Assembly (NCBI GenBank): GCA_043810925.1
Contig: JBDRNT010000068.1
Location: 1-41,400 of the forward strand
Direction: 5' to 3'
DNA length: 41,400 nucleotides
Origin: Candidatus Eiseniibacteriota bacterium
Lineage (GTDB): Bacteria; Arandabacterota; Arandabacteria; Arandabacterales; Arandabacteraceae
Positions 25,562 to 35,940 of this stretch are shown piece by piece (position 1 is the stretch's first letter; every line of letters starts with the position of its first letter). The position numbers were made by a program, and so were the translations under genes. The notes under the pieces were generated by a model. That model was not told the origin of the DNA. It did no database searches and saw only the letters and a program-made list of their open reading frames with translations.

Positions 25562-28500
25562 ATGTTTAACAAAATCCTCACCAAGGTATTTGGCACGAAG
25601 TCAGGTCGTGATCTTAAGAAGTCTGTACCTGTTCTGGAGCAGACGAATGACTTCTACCTGAGTTACCATACGCTCTCGGACCACGCCCTTCGCCGTAAAA
25701 CCGAGGAGCTCAGACAGGCCCTCTCCGATGGCGCGCCGGTCGATGACGTTTTTCCCGAGGCCGCAGCTACCGTCAAGGAACTGTCGAGAAGACTTGTGGG
25801 CAAGACATGGCCGGTCTGCGATATAGATACGCACTGGAACATGGTTCCCTTCGATGTGCAGCTCCAGGGTGCGATGGTGCTTCACGAAGGCAAGATCGCC
25901 GAGATGGCTACGGGTGAGGGTAAGACTCTTGCTGCAACCATACCTCTTTACCTCAACGGAGTGACAGGCAAGGGCGCACATCTTGTCACCGTGAACGACT
26001 ATCTTGCCAGGAGGGATTCCGAGTGGATGGGCAAGATCTACGAACACCTGGGTCTTGTCGTCGGTTGTATACAACATGACATAGAGCCGCAACAGAGGAA
26101 GACTGCCTACCGGGCCGATGTGACCTATGGCACCAACAATGAGTTCGGTTTCGACTACCTGAGGGACAACATGGCGACCAGTCTCGAGGGAAGGGTGCAG
26201 CGTGGTCATCACTACGCCATCGTCGATGAGGTCGACAGCATCCTCATAGATGAGGCCAGGACGCCGCTGATCATCTCCGGGCCCGTGTCGGTGTCGAGAC
26301 ACAAGTTTGAAAGCCTCAAGCCCGCCGTCGAGAAACTGGCAAAAGAACAGATCAGATTGGTCAACGACATGCTGGCCGATGCTGAGAAGATGCTGGATAC
26401 CGATGATGAGTACACTGCGGGTATCAACATGCTCGCCGCCCGGAGAGGTGCTCCCAAGCACAGGAAGCTCTTCAAACTGATGCAGGACGGGAATCTTCGC
26501 CGTCTGGTCGACCGGGTCGAGCGTGATTACATGAGGGAGAAGCGGCTCCACGACATAGACGAGCAACTCTATTTTGCCATAGATGAGCGAGGCCACAGTG
26601 TCGACCTTTCCGAGAAGGGCAGGCTCTATCTCGAGAAGGGTTCGAAGCCGGGGCGTTCGACGGGATCACGTTCAAGCGATCGTCCCGATATCCGGCTCAT
26701 TGCCGGAGACGGCGGGCTGGACTTCTCTCCTAAGACCAAGCAGATCCTCGCTGAAGAGCAGACCCTGGACTATCTCGCGGAGAAGACATACCCGCTGGTG
26801 GTGGCGGCGGATTCAGGTCACGATTCGCTTTTCCTGCTGCCGGACTCCGCGCTTGCCTTCCAGCGGATAGACTCCGATGCGGGCGGACTTCTTAGATCGG
26901 TGCTGCTTGAGGAGGCGCGCCCCCAAGGCCCAGACAAGGTTGAAGACGGCCGGATGGAGACCTTCCTTGAGAACTGGATCGAGCTCAACTCCGGATTTCT
27001 CTCGCTCGTCCAGGTCAGACTGAGACAGCGATTCGAGGACGATTACGGTGAGCGGAGCGGACGACTCCACAACATATCACAGCTCCTCAAGGCCTACTCG
27101 CTTTTTGATAAGGACGTCGATTACGTGGTCAAGGAAGACAAGGTGCTCATCGTGGACCAGTTTACGGGGCGTCTCATGCCTGGCCGGCGTTACAGCGACG
27201 GTCTCCACCAGGCCCTCGAGGCCAAGGAGGGTGTTACCGTCGAACGGGAGACCCAGACGCTGGCGACGATCACCATCCAGAACTACTTCAGGCTCTATGA
27301 GAAGCTGGCCGGTATGACCGGAACGGCCGAAACCGAGGCGGGTGAGTTCTATGAGATCTACAAACTCGATGTTGTGGTGGTCCCGACGAACGAGCCTGTC
27401 CGCAGGGCCGATTACGAGGACGTGATCTATCTTACGAGGCGTGAGAAGTATGCCGCGATCATCGATGAGATAGTAAGGATGCATGAGATGGGAAGACCCG
27501 TGCTCGTGGGTACCGTCAACGTCGAGGTTTCAGAGGTACTGAGCCGGCTACTCAAGCGCAAGAAGATAGAGCACTCGGTGTTGAATGCCAAGTATCACGA
27601 AGAAGAAGCGCGAATAGTGGCCAAGGCCGGAGAGCGGGGGGCCGTAACCATTGCGACCAACATGGCGGGTCGTGGAACCGATATAAAGCTCGGTGACGGT
27701 GTGGTCGCATGTGAGATGTGCTGTTACAAGTGTACGGATCGTGATTGTGCGGCGTGTGCCAAGGAGAAGGATACGAGTGACGAGTGTCTCAAGGACATGC
27801 CGTGCGGGCTTCACATAATGGGTACCGAGAGACATGAGAGCAGACGAATAGACAGGCAGCTCAGAGGGAGAAGCGGCAGGCAGGGCGATCCAGGTTCCTC
27901 AAGGTTCTACCTCTCGCTTGAAGATGACCTGATGCGGCTCTTCGGAAGTGACCGTCTCTCCGGTGTGATATCGAAGCTCGGCATCCAGGAGGGCGAGGCA
28001 ATCGAACACTCGCTCATAACAAGACAGATCGGGCGGGCCCAGAAGCGTGTGGAGGCCAATAACTTCGGCATAAGAAAGCATCTTCTCGAATACGATGACG
28101 TGATGAACAAGCAGAGAGAAGTCGTTTATGACAAGAGACTGCTTTCGCTCGAGAGCGAAGATATCGGCAACGAGATCTCCAGCGTGATCGAGTCCGTCAT
28201 CGACCGGAAGCTCGAAACCCATATTCCCGGCGGCAGTCATCCTGAAGACTGGGACATGGATGGTTTCAAGCGGGAGCTTGAAACGATGTTTCTCTGGCCC
28301 TTCGACCTGGGCGGTACCGCAGAGCCGGGAGCGCGCGTAGAAAACCTCGCCGACAGGGTGAAGAACACAGCCCATCTTGCTTACGAGTCCAGACAGAGAG
28401 AGATCGGCTATGAGACGATCAAAGAGATAGAGCGTAATGTGCTTCTCTATGTGATCGACAGGCGGTGGCGCGATCATCTCTACGATCTGGACGGGGTCAA

Positions 28501-28900
28501 GTCCGGTATAGGGTTGAGAGCATACGGGCAGAAGGATCCGCTCTTAGAGTATAAGGCCGAAGCGTTTGAGCTCTTCTTAAAGATGCTTGACAGCATCGAT
28601 GAGGAGACGGTATCGCTCGTCTTCCACGGCAGGTGGGTGAAGCCCGATGAGGAAGAGGCGAGACAGGCTGCTCGCTACAGAGCCGTCAAACCCGAGATGG
28701 CAACGCTTGGCCCGGGACCGCAGGCGGATCCGGCGGCGCAACCTGGTCCCGGATCCGGGGTGACTTCAGCCCGGGGCGGGCAGATGTCAGGACGGCCTGT
28801 GAGCCGCAGGAAACCAGTCGTCGCGGCGCCCAGAGTGGGCAGGAATGACCCCTGCCCGTGCGGCAGTGGAAAGAAACACAAGAAATGCTGTGGACGCTGA
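25562..28900 (+). CDS. secA: Preprotein translocase ATPase SecA (with inserts and C-terminal SEC-C motif)
   Basis: EMATGEGKT, VTVNDYLA, DEVDSILIDEARTPLIISG, IATNMAGRGTDI, RIDRQLRGRSGRQGDPG, GRNDPCPCGSGKKHKKCCG. Confidence 0.98.
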   Translation: MFNKILTKVFGTKSGRDLKKSVPVLEQTNDFYLSYHTLSDHALRRKTEELRQALSDGAPVDDVFPEAAATVKELSRRLVGKTWPVCDIDTHWNMVPFDVQLQGAMVLHEGKIAEMATGEGKTLAATIPLYLNGVTGKGAHLVTVNDYLARRDSEWMGKIYEHLGLVVGCIQHDIEPQQRKTAYRADVTYGTNNEFGFDYLRDNMATSLEGRVQRGHHYAIVDEVDSILIDEARTPLIISGPVSVSRHKFESLKPAVEKLAKEQIRLVNDMLADAEKMLDTDDEYTAGINMLAARRGAPKHRKLFKLMQDGNLRRLVDRVERDYMREKRLHDIDEQLYFAIDERGHSVDLSEKGRLYLEKGSKPGRSTGSRSSDRPDIRLIAGDGGLDFSPKTKQILAEEQTLDYLAEKTYPLVVAADSGHDSLFLLPDSALAFQRIDSDAGGLLRSVLLEEARPQGPDKVEDGRMETFLENWIELNSGFLSLVQVRLRQRFEDDYGERSGRLHNISQLLKAYSLFDKDVDYVVKEDKVLIVDQFTGRLMPGRRYSDGLHQALEAKEGVTVERETQTLATITIQNYFRLYEKLAGMTGTAETEAGEFYEIYKLDVVVVPTNEPVRRADYEDVIYLTRREKYAAIIDEIVRMHEMGRPVLVGTVNVEVSEVLSRLLKRKKIEHSVLNAKYHEEEARIVAKAGERGAVTIATNMAGRGTDIKLGDGVVACEMCCYKCTDRDCAACAKEKDTSDECLKDMPCGLHIMGTERHESRRIDRQLRGRSGRQGDPGSSRFYLSLEDDLMRLFGSDRLSGVISKLGIQEGEAIEHSLITRQIGRAQKRVEANNFGIRKHLLEYDDVMNKQREVVYDKRLLSLESEDIGNEISSVIESVIDRKLETHIPGGSHPEDWDMDGFKRELETMFLWPFDLGGTAEPGARVENLADRVKNTAHLAYESRQREIGYETIKEIERNVLLYVIDRRWRDHLYDLDGVKSGIGLRAYGQKDPLLEYKAEAFELFLKMLDSIDEETVSLVFHGRWVKPDEEEARQAARYRAVKPEMATLGPGPQADPAAQPGPGSGVTSARGGQMSGRPVSRRKPVVAAPRVGRNDPCPCGSGKKHKKCCGR

Positions 28901-28971
28901 TCTGAGAGCTTGCTTTTGGGGGTGGTATATGTTACGCTTTGGAACGCCAGACAATTCGGACGAGGTTAAGC

Positions 28972-29454
28972 ATGGATGAGCGACTCGTTGAAATAATTAT
29001 CGCGATTGTGGATAAGCTTGCGGACCGGGAAATCCCATCGAAGACCGTTGAGGGTCTGACCAGTTCGCTGGTAGCAGATGGGTACTCAATCGGGGAGATA
29101 AACACAGCCTTCATGTGGCTCTATCATACCGTTGATGAGAGCTTCTTCGAAGAAGGCAGAATACTTGCTGAGTATGGATCAAAGTCCACACTCAGGATGC
29201 TGAATGATTTCGAGAAATCTCTTATAACTCCCCAGGCATACGGTTACATACTTCAGCTGAGCCAGCTGGGACTGCTTGATGACCTTCAGATAGAGGATCT
29301 GATCGAAAGAGCGATCTTCACCTGTGTCGATTCAGTAGAGCTGAATGACGTCAAGCGAATGGTGCCGACTGTAATTCTGGAGGGTGTTCCTGGATTCCGT
29401 CCAAGGCTCATATCCTGGCGGAGCAGCGAGCCGGACGGATCACTTTCACACTGA
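28972..29454 (+). CDS. DUF494 (Smg-like) protein
   Basis: ERLVEII, GYSIGEINTAFMWL, R.LNDFEK..ITPQAYGYILQL..LGLL; sits immediately upstream of topA. Confidence 0.85.
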   Translation: MDERLVEIIIAIVDKLADREIPSKTVEGLTSSLVADGYSIGEINTAFMWLYHTVDESFFEEGRILAEYGSKSTLRMLNDFEKSLITPQAYGYILQLSQLGLLDDLQIEDLIERAIFTCVDSVELNDVKRMVPTVILEGVPGFRPRLISWRSSEPDGSLSH

Positions 29455-29464
29455 AGAACTCTGC

Positions 29465-29493
29465 TTGCAATCCGGTAGGTCTCGTTCTATCCT
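29465..29493 (+). promoter_or_regulatory. Possible sigma70-type promoter for topA
   Basis: TTGCAA-17 nt-TATCCT. Confidence 0.45.
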
Positions 29494-29519
29494 CAGTCTA
29501 GCTTAACGTGGAGAGGTGT

Positions 29520-31724
29520 ATGGCTGCTAAGCAGAAATCACTGGTCATAGTGGAGTCACCGGCCAAGGCCAAAACCATAAACCGGTTCCTGGGTACATCG
29601 TACGTCGTCAAAGCCTCTATGGGGCACGTGCGCGACCTGCCCAAGAAGACCCTCGGTGTCGATGTCGACAAAGACTTCGAACCCAAGTACGTGACGATCA
29701 CCGGTAAGAAGAAGACGATTACCGAACTCAAGACCGCCGCCAAGAAGGCAAAAGACATCTTCCTTGCCCCCGATATGGACCGGGAGGGAGAAGCCATAGC
29801 CTGGCACCTTGCCGCTCTTATTGATAAGGACCGGAGCAAGGTCAAGAGGGTGATCTTCAACGAGATCACCGGGACGGCCATCAAGGAGGCGTTCGCCAAC
29901 CCGATCGACATCGACATGCGAAAGGTGGATGCCCAGCAGGCGAGAAGGGTGCTTGACCGGCTGGTGGGTTACAAGGTAAGCCCTCTGCTCTGGAGGATTT
30001 TCCACAAGCGAACCAGTGCAGGCAGAGTACAGTCGGTGGCCCTGAGGTTGATCTGCGAACGGGAAGAAGAGATAGAGAAGTTCGTTGCCAGGGAGTACTG
30101 GACCATTGACGGGAAGTTCAAATCTCTGAGGGACGATGAGTTCATGGCCAAACTCGAGCGGATCGGGAAGGCCAAGGTGGAGCTGGGCACGCTTAAGGAT
30201 GCTACGGATGTCGAGACCGATCTTAAACAGCAGACCTACCTCATCAAGGACGTCAAGAAACGGACAACGAAGCGAAACCCCAGACCACCCTATATCACGA
30301 GCACCCTCCAGCAGGATGCCGCAAGAAGGCTGGGCTTCAGTGCGCGCAAGACAATGGTCATAGCCCAGGAGCTTTACGAGGGCATTGACCTCGGAGAAAA
30401 GGACCGTGCAGGTCTCATAACCTACATGAGAACCGACTCGACACGGGTGGCGTCCAGTGCAAGTGATTCCGCCCGGACCTACATAAGCGAGACGTTCGGA
30501 GAAGAGTACATCCCTAAGAAGGCCACGAAGTTCAGAAAGGGCAAGGCTTCCCAGGATGCCCACGAAGCAGTCAGACCGACCGCTGTTGAGCGTACACCTG
30601 ATGCGGTCTCCTCGTTTCTTACCAAGGACCAGGCAAGAGTCTATAAGCTTATCTGGTCGCGGTTCGTTGCGAGCCAGATGGCCCAGGCCCTGTTCGACCA
30701 GACCACGATAGAGGTTGAAGGCGGCCGGTACCTATTCAAGGTCACGGGATCCGTCATGAAATTCGACGGTTTCCTCAAGGTCTACAGTGAGAAGACAGAC
30801 GATAAGGATAACCTTCTTCCCGTCCTCAATACGGGTGAGGCTGTGGATCTCCTCTCGCTTGATGTCAAGCGTCACGAGACTCAGCCGCCGCCGCGCTACA
30901 CCGAGGCAAGTCTTATAAAAGAGCTCGAGGAGAAGGGAATCGGACGGCCGAGCACCTACGCGGCGATCATCACGACCGTGCTCGACAGAGGGTATGTGGA
31001 AAAGGCCAAGGGGTCACTTGAACCGACCGAGTTAGGCCGGACGGTCCTCAGGGTCCTGCTCAAGATCTTTCCCGATATCTTCGATGTCGGCTTCACCGCC
31101 CACATGGAAACCGAGCTCGACCGTGTCGAAACGGGACAGGACGGCTGGGTAAGTGTGGTCAGAAATTTCTACGAGCCCTTTGCGCGGAGTCTCGAGCATG
31201 CGGATGCGATGAAAGACGAGCTCAAGCGTACGGTCGAGGAGCAGACCGATACGAAGTGTGAAACGTGCGGTAGCCCCATGATCAAGAAGTGGGGCAGGCA
31301 CGGCAGGTTCCTCGCGTGTTCGGCTTTTCCCGAGTGTAAGACCACAAAGCCGCTTGAAGAAGAGGAAGAACACACGGATGCCAAGTGTCCCGAATGCGAG
31401 GGGGAGATGATCGTCCGTACAGGCCGGTACGGCAAGTTCCTGGCCTGCAAACGTTACCCCGACTGCAAAGGAACAAAAGCGTTCACGCTCGGTATCAAGT
31501 GCCCCAATGAGGGTTGTGAAGGGGAACTCAAGGAAAAGCGGACCAAGAAGGGCCGGATATTCTACGGTTGTGAGAGCTACCCCAAGTGCAAGTTTGCTAC
31601 GTGGGACAAACCCATAGGCGAGCCCTGCCCGGAATGCAATTACCCGATTATGCTGGTCAAGACCACGCGTGACAAGGGCAGTCGCCTTAAATGTCCCAAG
31701 TGCGGCAACGAGGCGAAATCATGA
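29520..31724 (+). CDS. topA: DNA topoisomerase I with C-terminal zinc ribbons
   Basis: LVIVESPAKAKTI, DREGEAI, SAGRVQS, ITYMRTDS, GIGRPSTY, repeated CxxC ribbons. Confidence 0.98.
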   Translation: MAAKQKSLVIVESPAKAKTINRFLGTSYVVKASMGHVRDLPKKTLGVDVDKDFEPKYVTITGKKKTITELKTAAKKAKDIFLAPDMDREGEAIAWHLAALIDKDRSKVKRVIFNEITGTAIKEAFANPIDIDMRKVDAQQARRVLDRLVGYKVSPLLWRIFHKRTSAGRVQSVALRLICEREEEIEKFVAREYWTIDGKFKSLRDDEFMAKLERIGKAKVELGTLKDATDVETDLKQQTYLIKDVKKRTTKRNPRPPYITSTLQQDAARRLGFSARKTMVIAQELYEGIDLGEKDRAGLITYMRTDSTRVASSASDSARTYISETFGEEYIPKKATKFRKGKASQDAHEAVRPTAVERTPDAVSSFLTKDQARVYKLIWSRFVASQMAQALFDQTTIEVEGGRYLFKVTGSVMKFDGFLKVYSEKTDDKDNLLPVLNTGEAVDLLSLDVKRHETQPPPRYTEASLIKELEEKGIGRPSTYAAIITTVLDRGYVEKAKGSLEPTELGRTVLRVLLKIFPDIFDVGFTAHMETELDRVETGQDGWVSVVRNFYEPFARSLEHADAMKDELKRTVEEQTDTKCETCGSPMIKKWGRHGRFLACSAFPECKTTKPLEEEEEHTDAKCPECEGEMIVRTGRYGKFLACKRYPDCKGTKAFTLGIKCPNEGCEGELKEKRTKKGRIFYGCESYPKCKFATWDKPIGEPCPECNYPIMLVKTTRDKGSRLKCPKCGNEAKS

Positions 31725-33088
31725 GCAGGTCGGCCCCCAGGGTAGTGGTGATAGGCGGGGGGCTGGCTGGTTCAGAGGCCGCATGGCAGGCCGCCAGGCT
31801 GGGGGCGGACGTAACCCTCTTCGAGATGCGCCCGCGGAAGATGACCGAGGCGCACACGACCGGCAACCTGGCAGAGCTCGTATGTTCCAACTCGTTTAAG
31901 TCGGACAGCATCTCAAATGCAAATGGGCTTTTAAAGCTCGAGCTCAGGATGCTTGGATCGATGTTGATGGATGTGGCCGCCGAGGCCCGCGTACCGGCCG
32001 GGAGCGCGCTTTGTGTGGATAGGTCGCTTTTTGGATCGGGTGTGACACGTTCGATCGAGTCCTCCGGTCGGGTCACCCTCCTGAGGGAGGAAGCTGTCAC
32101 CTTGACCGACGATGCCGTCAATGTCCTTGCCCCGGGTCCGCTTGCATCAGCGGCCGTTTCACGGGTGCTCGAGACAATCGTCGGCACACGTAACCTTTTT
32201 TTCTACGACGCCGTTTCACCAATCATTGAAACGGAATCCATAGACCTGTCGCGTATGTACAGGTCGGCGCGCTATGGTAAGGGTGACTCAACCTACATCA
32301 ATCTGCCGCTTGACCGTCAGCAGTATATGGACTTCCTTAACGGCCTGAGGCAGGCAGAGTTGGTTCCCAAACGGGACTTTGAGGATGTGAGGTTCTTCTC
32401 GGGTTGTATGCCGATCGAGGAGCTGGCCGGCATGGGTGACGAGACGCTGGCTCATGGATGTATGAAGCCTGTGGGACTCGTCGATCCCCGGACCGGCAGA
32501 ATTCCTCATGCTGTAGTTCAGCTCCGGCCGGAAAACCTCGAGGGCTCACTTCACGGTATGGTGGGTTTTCAGACGAGGCTCAGGCACGGTGAGCAGAAGC
32601 GGGTGTTCCGGTTGCTGCCGGGGCTTGAAAACGCCCGGTTTGCCCGTCTCGGCAGCATTCACAGAAACACCTATGTGAATGCGCCGGTGACACTGGGCCC
32701 CACGCTTGAACACCTGCAGCTGGAGAACGTCGTTTTTGCCGGACAGATAACGGGTGCGGAAGGATACATGGCTGCTATCGCAACCGGGCTCCTGGCAGGT
32801 ATAAACGCCGCACGCAAAGCGTTCAAGATCCCTTGCGTCGTGCCCCCGGCAGAAACCATGCTGGGAGGTCTCGTAAGGTACGTTTCCGTGGCTCCTTCCA
32901 GATCTTTCCAGCCCATGAACCCGAATTTCGGTCTCCTGCCGCGGCTTGGGCCCCGGATGCGTGACAAGCAGCGAAGGAACCTGCTTTTGAGTGAGAGATC
33001 GGCCGTCGTTCTGAAGGCCTGGATCGACGAGACGGGTATCGCAAAGACTTTAGACGGAGCGGTGGACTACAGTGGAGTCTTACCTTAA
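31721..33088 (+). CDS. trmFO: Folate/FAD-dependent tRNA (uracil-54) methyltransferase
   Basis: IGGGLAGSEAAWQ, ELVCSNS, FYDAVSP, VVQLR, MVGFQT, HRNTY, AGQITG.EGY, FQPMNPNFG. Confidence 0.96.
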   Translation: MSRSAPRVVVIGGGLAGSEAAWQAARLGADVTLFEMRPRKMTEAHTTGNLAELVCSNSFKSDSISNANGLLKLELRMLGSMLMDVAAEARVPAGSALCVDRSLFGSGVTRSIESSGRVTLLREEAVTLTDDAVNVLAPGPLASAAVSRVLETIVGTRNLFFYDAVSPIIETESIDLSRMYRSARYGKGDSTYINLPLDRQQYMDFLNGLRQAELVPKRDFEDVRFFSGCMPIEELAGMGDETLAHGCMKPVGLVDPRTGRIPHAVVQLRPENLEGSLHGMVGFQTRLRHGEQKRVFRLLPGLENARFARLGSIHRNTYVNAPVTLGPTLEHLQLENVVFAGQITGAEGYMAAIATGLLAGINAARKAFKIPCVVPPAETMLGGLVRYVSVAPSRSFQPMNPNFGLLPRLGPRMRDKQRRNLLLSERSAVVLKAWIDETGIAKTLDGAVDYSGVLP

Positions 33089-33974
33089 AAGGTTCATTCT
33101 GCATCTGGGACTGGAACGCAATCTATCTGACAATACTATAAGTGCTTACGAGAATGATCTAAGGCAGTTTACTTCATTTCTGAGAGAACAGCTCGGCTGC
33201 CGGAAACTGAGCATCAAGCAGGTTGACAAGCTGTCGATCCGTCACTTCTTGAGCCACCTCAAGGCCGGGGGGGCGAAGGGAAGCACACTGCGTCGCAAAC
33301 TTGCCGCGATAAGGTGTTTCATGAAATACATGTGTACAAGGGAGAGCCTCAGTGTGAACCCGGCAGCCGCAATAAGGATGCCCCAGAAGGAGAAGCACCT
33401 GCCGTCGTTTCTCGATCTCGCCGATGTGGACTCACTTATGGAGCTTCCCGGGGGTAATGGATTCGCCGGGTCAAGGGATCTGGCGATCCTCGAGCTCTTC
33501 TACAGCACCGGTATCCGGCTGGGCGAACTTCATTGGCTGAACGTTGCCGATATGGATCTTTTCGGCGAGGTGATACGAGTCAGGGGCAAGGGCAGAAAAG
33601 AGCGGCTGGTGCCCGTGGGCAGGATGGCGGCAAAGGCGATCAAGTCCTATGTGCCGGAGCGCACCCGGTTTCTTACAAAGAAGACGCGGATCGAAGAGGC
33701 TGCCCTCTTCGTAAACAGGTTCGGCCGCAGGTTGACACCCAGGGGGATCCAGAAGATCGTCAGGTATTACCTCGAGCAGGTGTGTGATCTCAAGCAGATG
33801 AGTCCTCACGTGTTGAGACACACGTTTGCCACTCATATGCTCGAGGGCGGTGCCGATCTCCGCGCGGTCCAGGAACTTCTGGGTCATGCGAGCCTCTCGA
33901 GTACGCAGGTCTATACGCACGTGACTACCGAGCGGCTCAAGAAAGTCTACGGTCAGGCCCATCCGAGAGCATGA
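33072..33974 (+). CDS. xerC: Tyrosine recombinase XerC
   Basis: [51 protein letters not shown]; topA-trmFO-xerC-hslVU context. Confidence 0.92.
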   Translation: MESYLKRFILHLGLERNLSDNTISAYENDLRQFTSFLREQLGCRKLSIKQVDKLSIRHFLSHLKAGGAKGSTLRRKLAAIRCFMKYMCTRESLSVNPAAAIRMPQKEKHLPSFLDLADVDSLMELPGGNGFAGSRDLAILELFYSTGIRLGELHWLNVADMDLFGEVIRVRGKGRKERLVPVGRMAAKAIKSYVPERTRFLTKKTRIEEAALFVNRFGRRLTPRGIQKIVRYYLEQVCDLKQMSPHVLRHTFATHMLEGGADLRAVQELLGHASLSSTQVYTHVTTERLKKVYGQAHPRA

Positions 33975-33984
33975 GGTGGTGAGA

Positions 33985-34524
33985 ATGAAAGCAAGAATAA
34001 GAAGCACGACGATTATCGGCGTAAGACGCGGCGGCCTGGCGGCCATGGCCGGTGACGGCCAGGTCAGTCTTGGCGAGACCGTGATGAAACAGAAGGCCCG
34101 CAAGATACGGAAGATCTATGATGATAAGATACTCGCGGGCTTCGCGGGAGCATCGGCTGATGCGCTCACCCTGTTTGAGAAGTTCGAATCCAAGTGCGAG
34201 CAGTACAAGGGAAACCTGACGAGGGCTGTGGTGGAGCTTGCGAAGGAGTGGCGAACAGATAAGTTTCTAAGAAGACTGGAGGCCCTGCTCGTCGTTATGG
34301 ACAAGGAGAAATCTTTCGTGGTATCGGGGACGGGTGAGATAATAGAGCCCGACGACGGCATAGTGGCGATCGGCTCCGGCGGGGGATTCGCGCTTGCCGC
34401 CGCAAGATCCCTGCTCGCCCACTCGGACCTGGATGCTAAAGCGGTGGCCGAGGAGTCACTCAAGATAGCGTCGCAAATATGTGTTTACACCAATGATCAA
34501 ATCACAGTCGAGGTTCTGAAATAG
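33985..34524 (+). CDS. hslV: ATP-dependent protease peptidase subunit
   Basis: STTI, AGDGQVS, AGFAG, WRTD, IGSGG, ICVYTN. Confidence 0.98.
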   Translation: MKARIRSTTIIGVRRGGLAAMAGDGQVSLGETVMKQKARKIRKIYDDKILAGFAGASADALTLFEKFESKCEQYKGNLTRAVVELAKEWRTDKFLRRLEALLVVMDKEKSFVVSGTGEIIEPDDGIVAIGSGGGFALAAARSLLAHSDLDAKAVAEESLKIASQICVYTNDQITVEVLK

Positions 34525-35880
34525 ATGACAAGCGGTGAACTGACACCCAGACAGATCGTACGGGAGCTGGACAAGTACGTTATCGGCCAGGAGGACGCCA
34601 AGAAGTGCGTGGCGATCGCGCTTCGCAACCGCTGGCGCCGCCAGCAGGTGACCGGGGAGCTCCGGGACGAGATAATGCCGAATAACATCATAATGATCGG
34701 ACCCACCGGTGTGGGGAAGACCGAGATCGCGAGACGTCTTGCCAAACTCGCACGGGCCCCCTTTATGAAGGTGGAGGCGTCCAAGTTCACCGAGGTCGGC
34801 TACGTGGGCCGTGACGTCGAATCGATGATACGAGAGCTCACCGAACTTTCCGTCAACATGATACGCCAGGAAAAAACGGCGGAGATAGCGGACGCCGCGG
34901 CGGCCAATGCCGAAGAGCGGCTCCTCGACCTCCTGCTTCCCCCGATAAAGAGGCGGACCGGGCATCCACCTGAGGAACCGGTTACGGACGAGGAGAAATA
35001 CAAGGCCACCCGGGAGAAGCTCAGAGCGAAGCTCAGGAAGGGAGAACTCGACGACAGGAAGGTTGAAGTCGAGGTGGCGCTCAAGGCGCTTCCCATGATT
35101 GAGATCTTCACACCGGGCGGCATAGAAGAGATGGACATAAACGTACAGGAGATGTTCGGAGGACTGCTTCCGCCCAAACGCAAGCGGAGAAGAGTCAGTG
35201 TCGGTGAGGCGGCCGGGATCCTGAACCAGGAGGAGGCCCAGAAACTCGTCGACATGGACAAGGTCGTAAGCGAGGCGATCAGCCGTGTGGAGAACTCAGG
35301 CATCGTCTTCATAGACGAGATAGACAAGATCGCCATGGACAAGAGTTCCAGCGGTCCCGATGTGTCAAGGGAAGGTGTCCAGCGCGATCTTCTACCAATA
35401 GTGGAAGGGTCGAGTGTCCCGACCAAGTACGGGATCGTCCGGACCGAGCACGTTCTCTTTGTCGCAGCCGGAGCGTTTCATTCCTCAAAGCCCTCCGACC
35501 TGATTCCCGAACTCCAGGGACGCTTCCCGATAAGAGTCGAGCTCGGAAGTCTCTCAGAGACCGACTTCGTGCGGATCCTCACCGAGCCCAGGAATGCCCT
35601 CATAAAGCAATACAAAGCGCTTCTAAAGACTGAGGGCGTCGATGTCACCTTTACCGAGGATGCGATCAAGGAGATCGCTTCGATCGCAGCACAGGTGAAC
35701 GAGATAACCGAGAATATCGGGGCAAGACGCCTTCACACGGTGATGACAAGACTGCTTGAGGACATACTTTTTGAAGTTCCCGATCTGAAGAAGAAGCGGA
35801 TAAAGATAACGGCCAAGGTGGTGAGGGACAGGCTGAAAGACATTGTTGAGAATGTGGATCTGACGCGGTACATACTTTAG
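34525..35880 (+). CDS. hslU: ATP-dependent protease ATPase subunit
   Basis: [50 protein letters not shown]. Confidence 0.98.
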   Translation: MTSGELTPRQIVRELDKYVIGQEDAKKCVAIALRNRWRRQQVTGELRDEIMPNNIIMIGPTGVGKTEIARRLAKLARAPFMKVEASKFTEVGYVGRDVESMIRELTELSVNMIRQEKTAEIADAAAANAEERLLDLLLPPIKRRTGHPPEEPVTDEEKYKATREKLRAKLRKGELDDRKVEVEVALKALPMIEIFTPGGIEEMDINVQEMFGGLLPPKRKRRRVSVGEAAGILNQEEAQKLVDMDKVVSEAISRVENSGIVFIDEIDKIAMDKSSSGPDVSREGVQRDLLPIVEGSSVPTKYGIVRTEHVLFVAAGAFHSSKPSDLIPELQGRFPIRVELGSLSETDFVRILTEPRNALIKQYKALLKTEGVDVTFTEDAIKEIASIAAQVNEITENIGARRLHTVMTRLLEDILFEVPDLKKKRIKITAKVVRDRLKDIVENVDLTRYIL

Positions 35881-35940
35881 CCAGGACCATTCAGAGACCT
35901 CCGGCTTCTTGGTGGTCATGGTTGAGCAAAGGAGCCATCA

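Noticed and set aside
33072-33974. Integrase marking a prophage or genomic island
   Set aside because: Sequence and topA-trmFO-xerC-hslVU context fit housekeeping XerC; no att sites or cargo genes.
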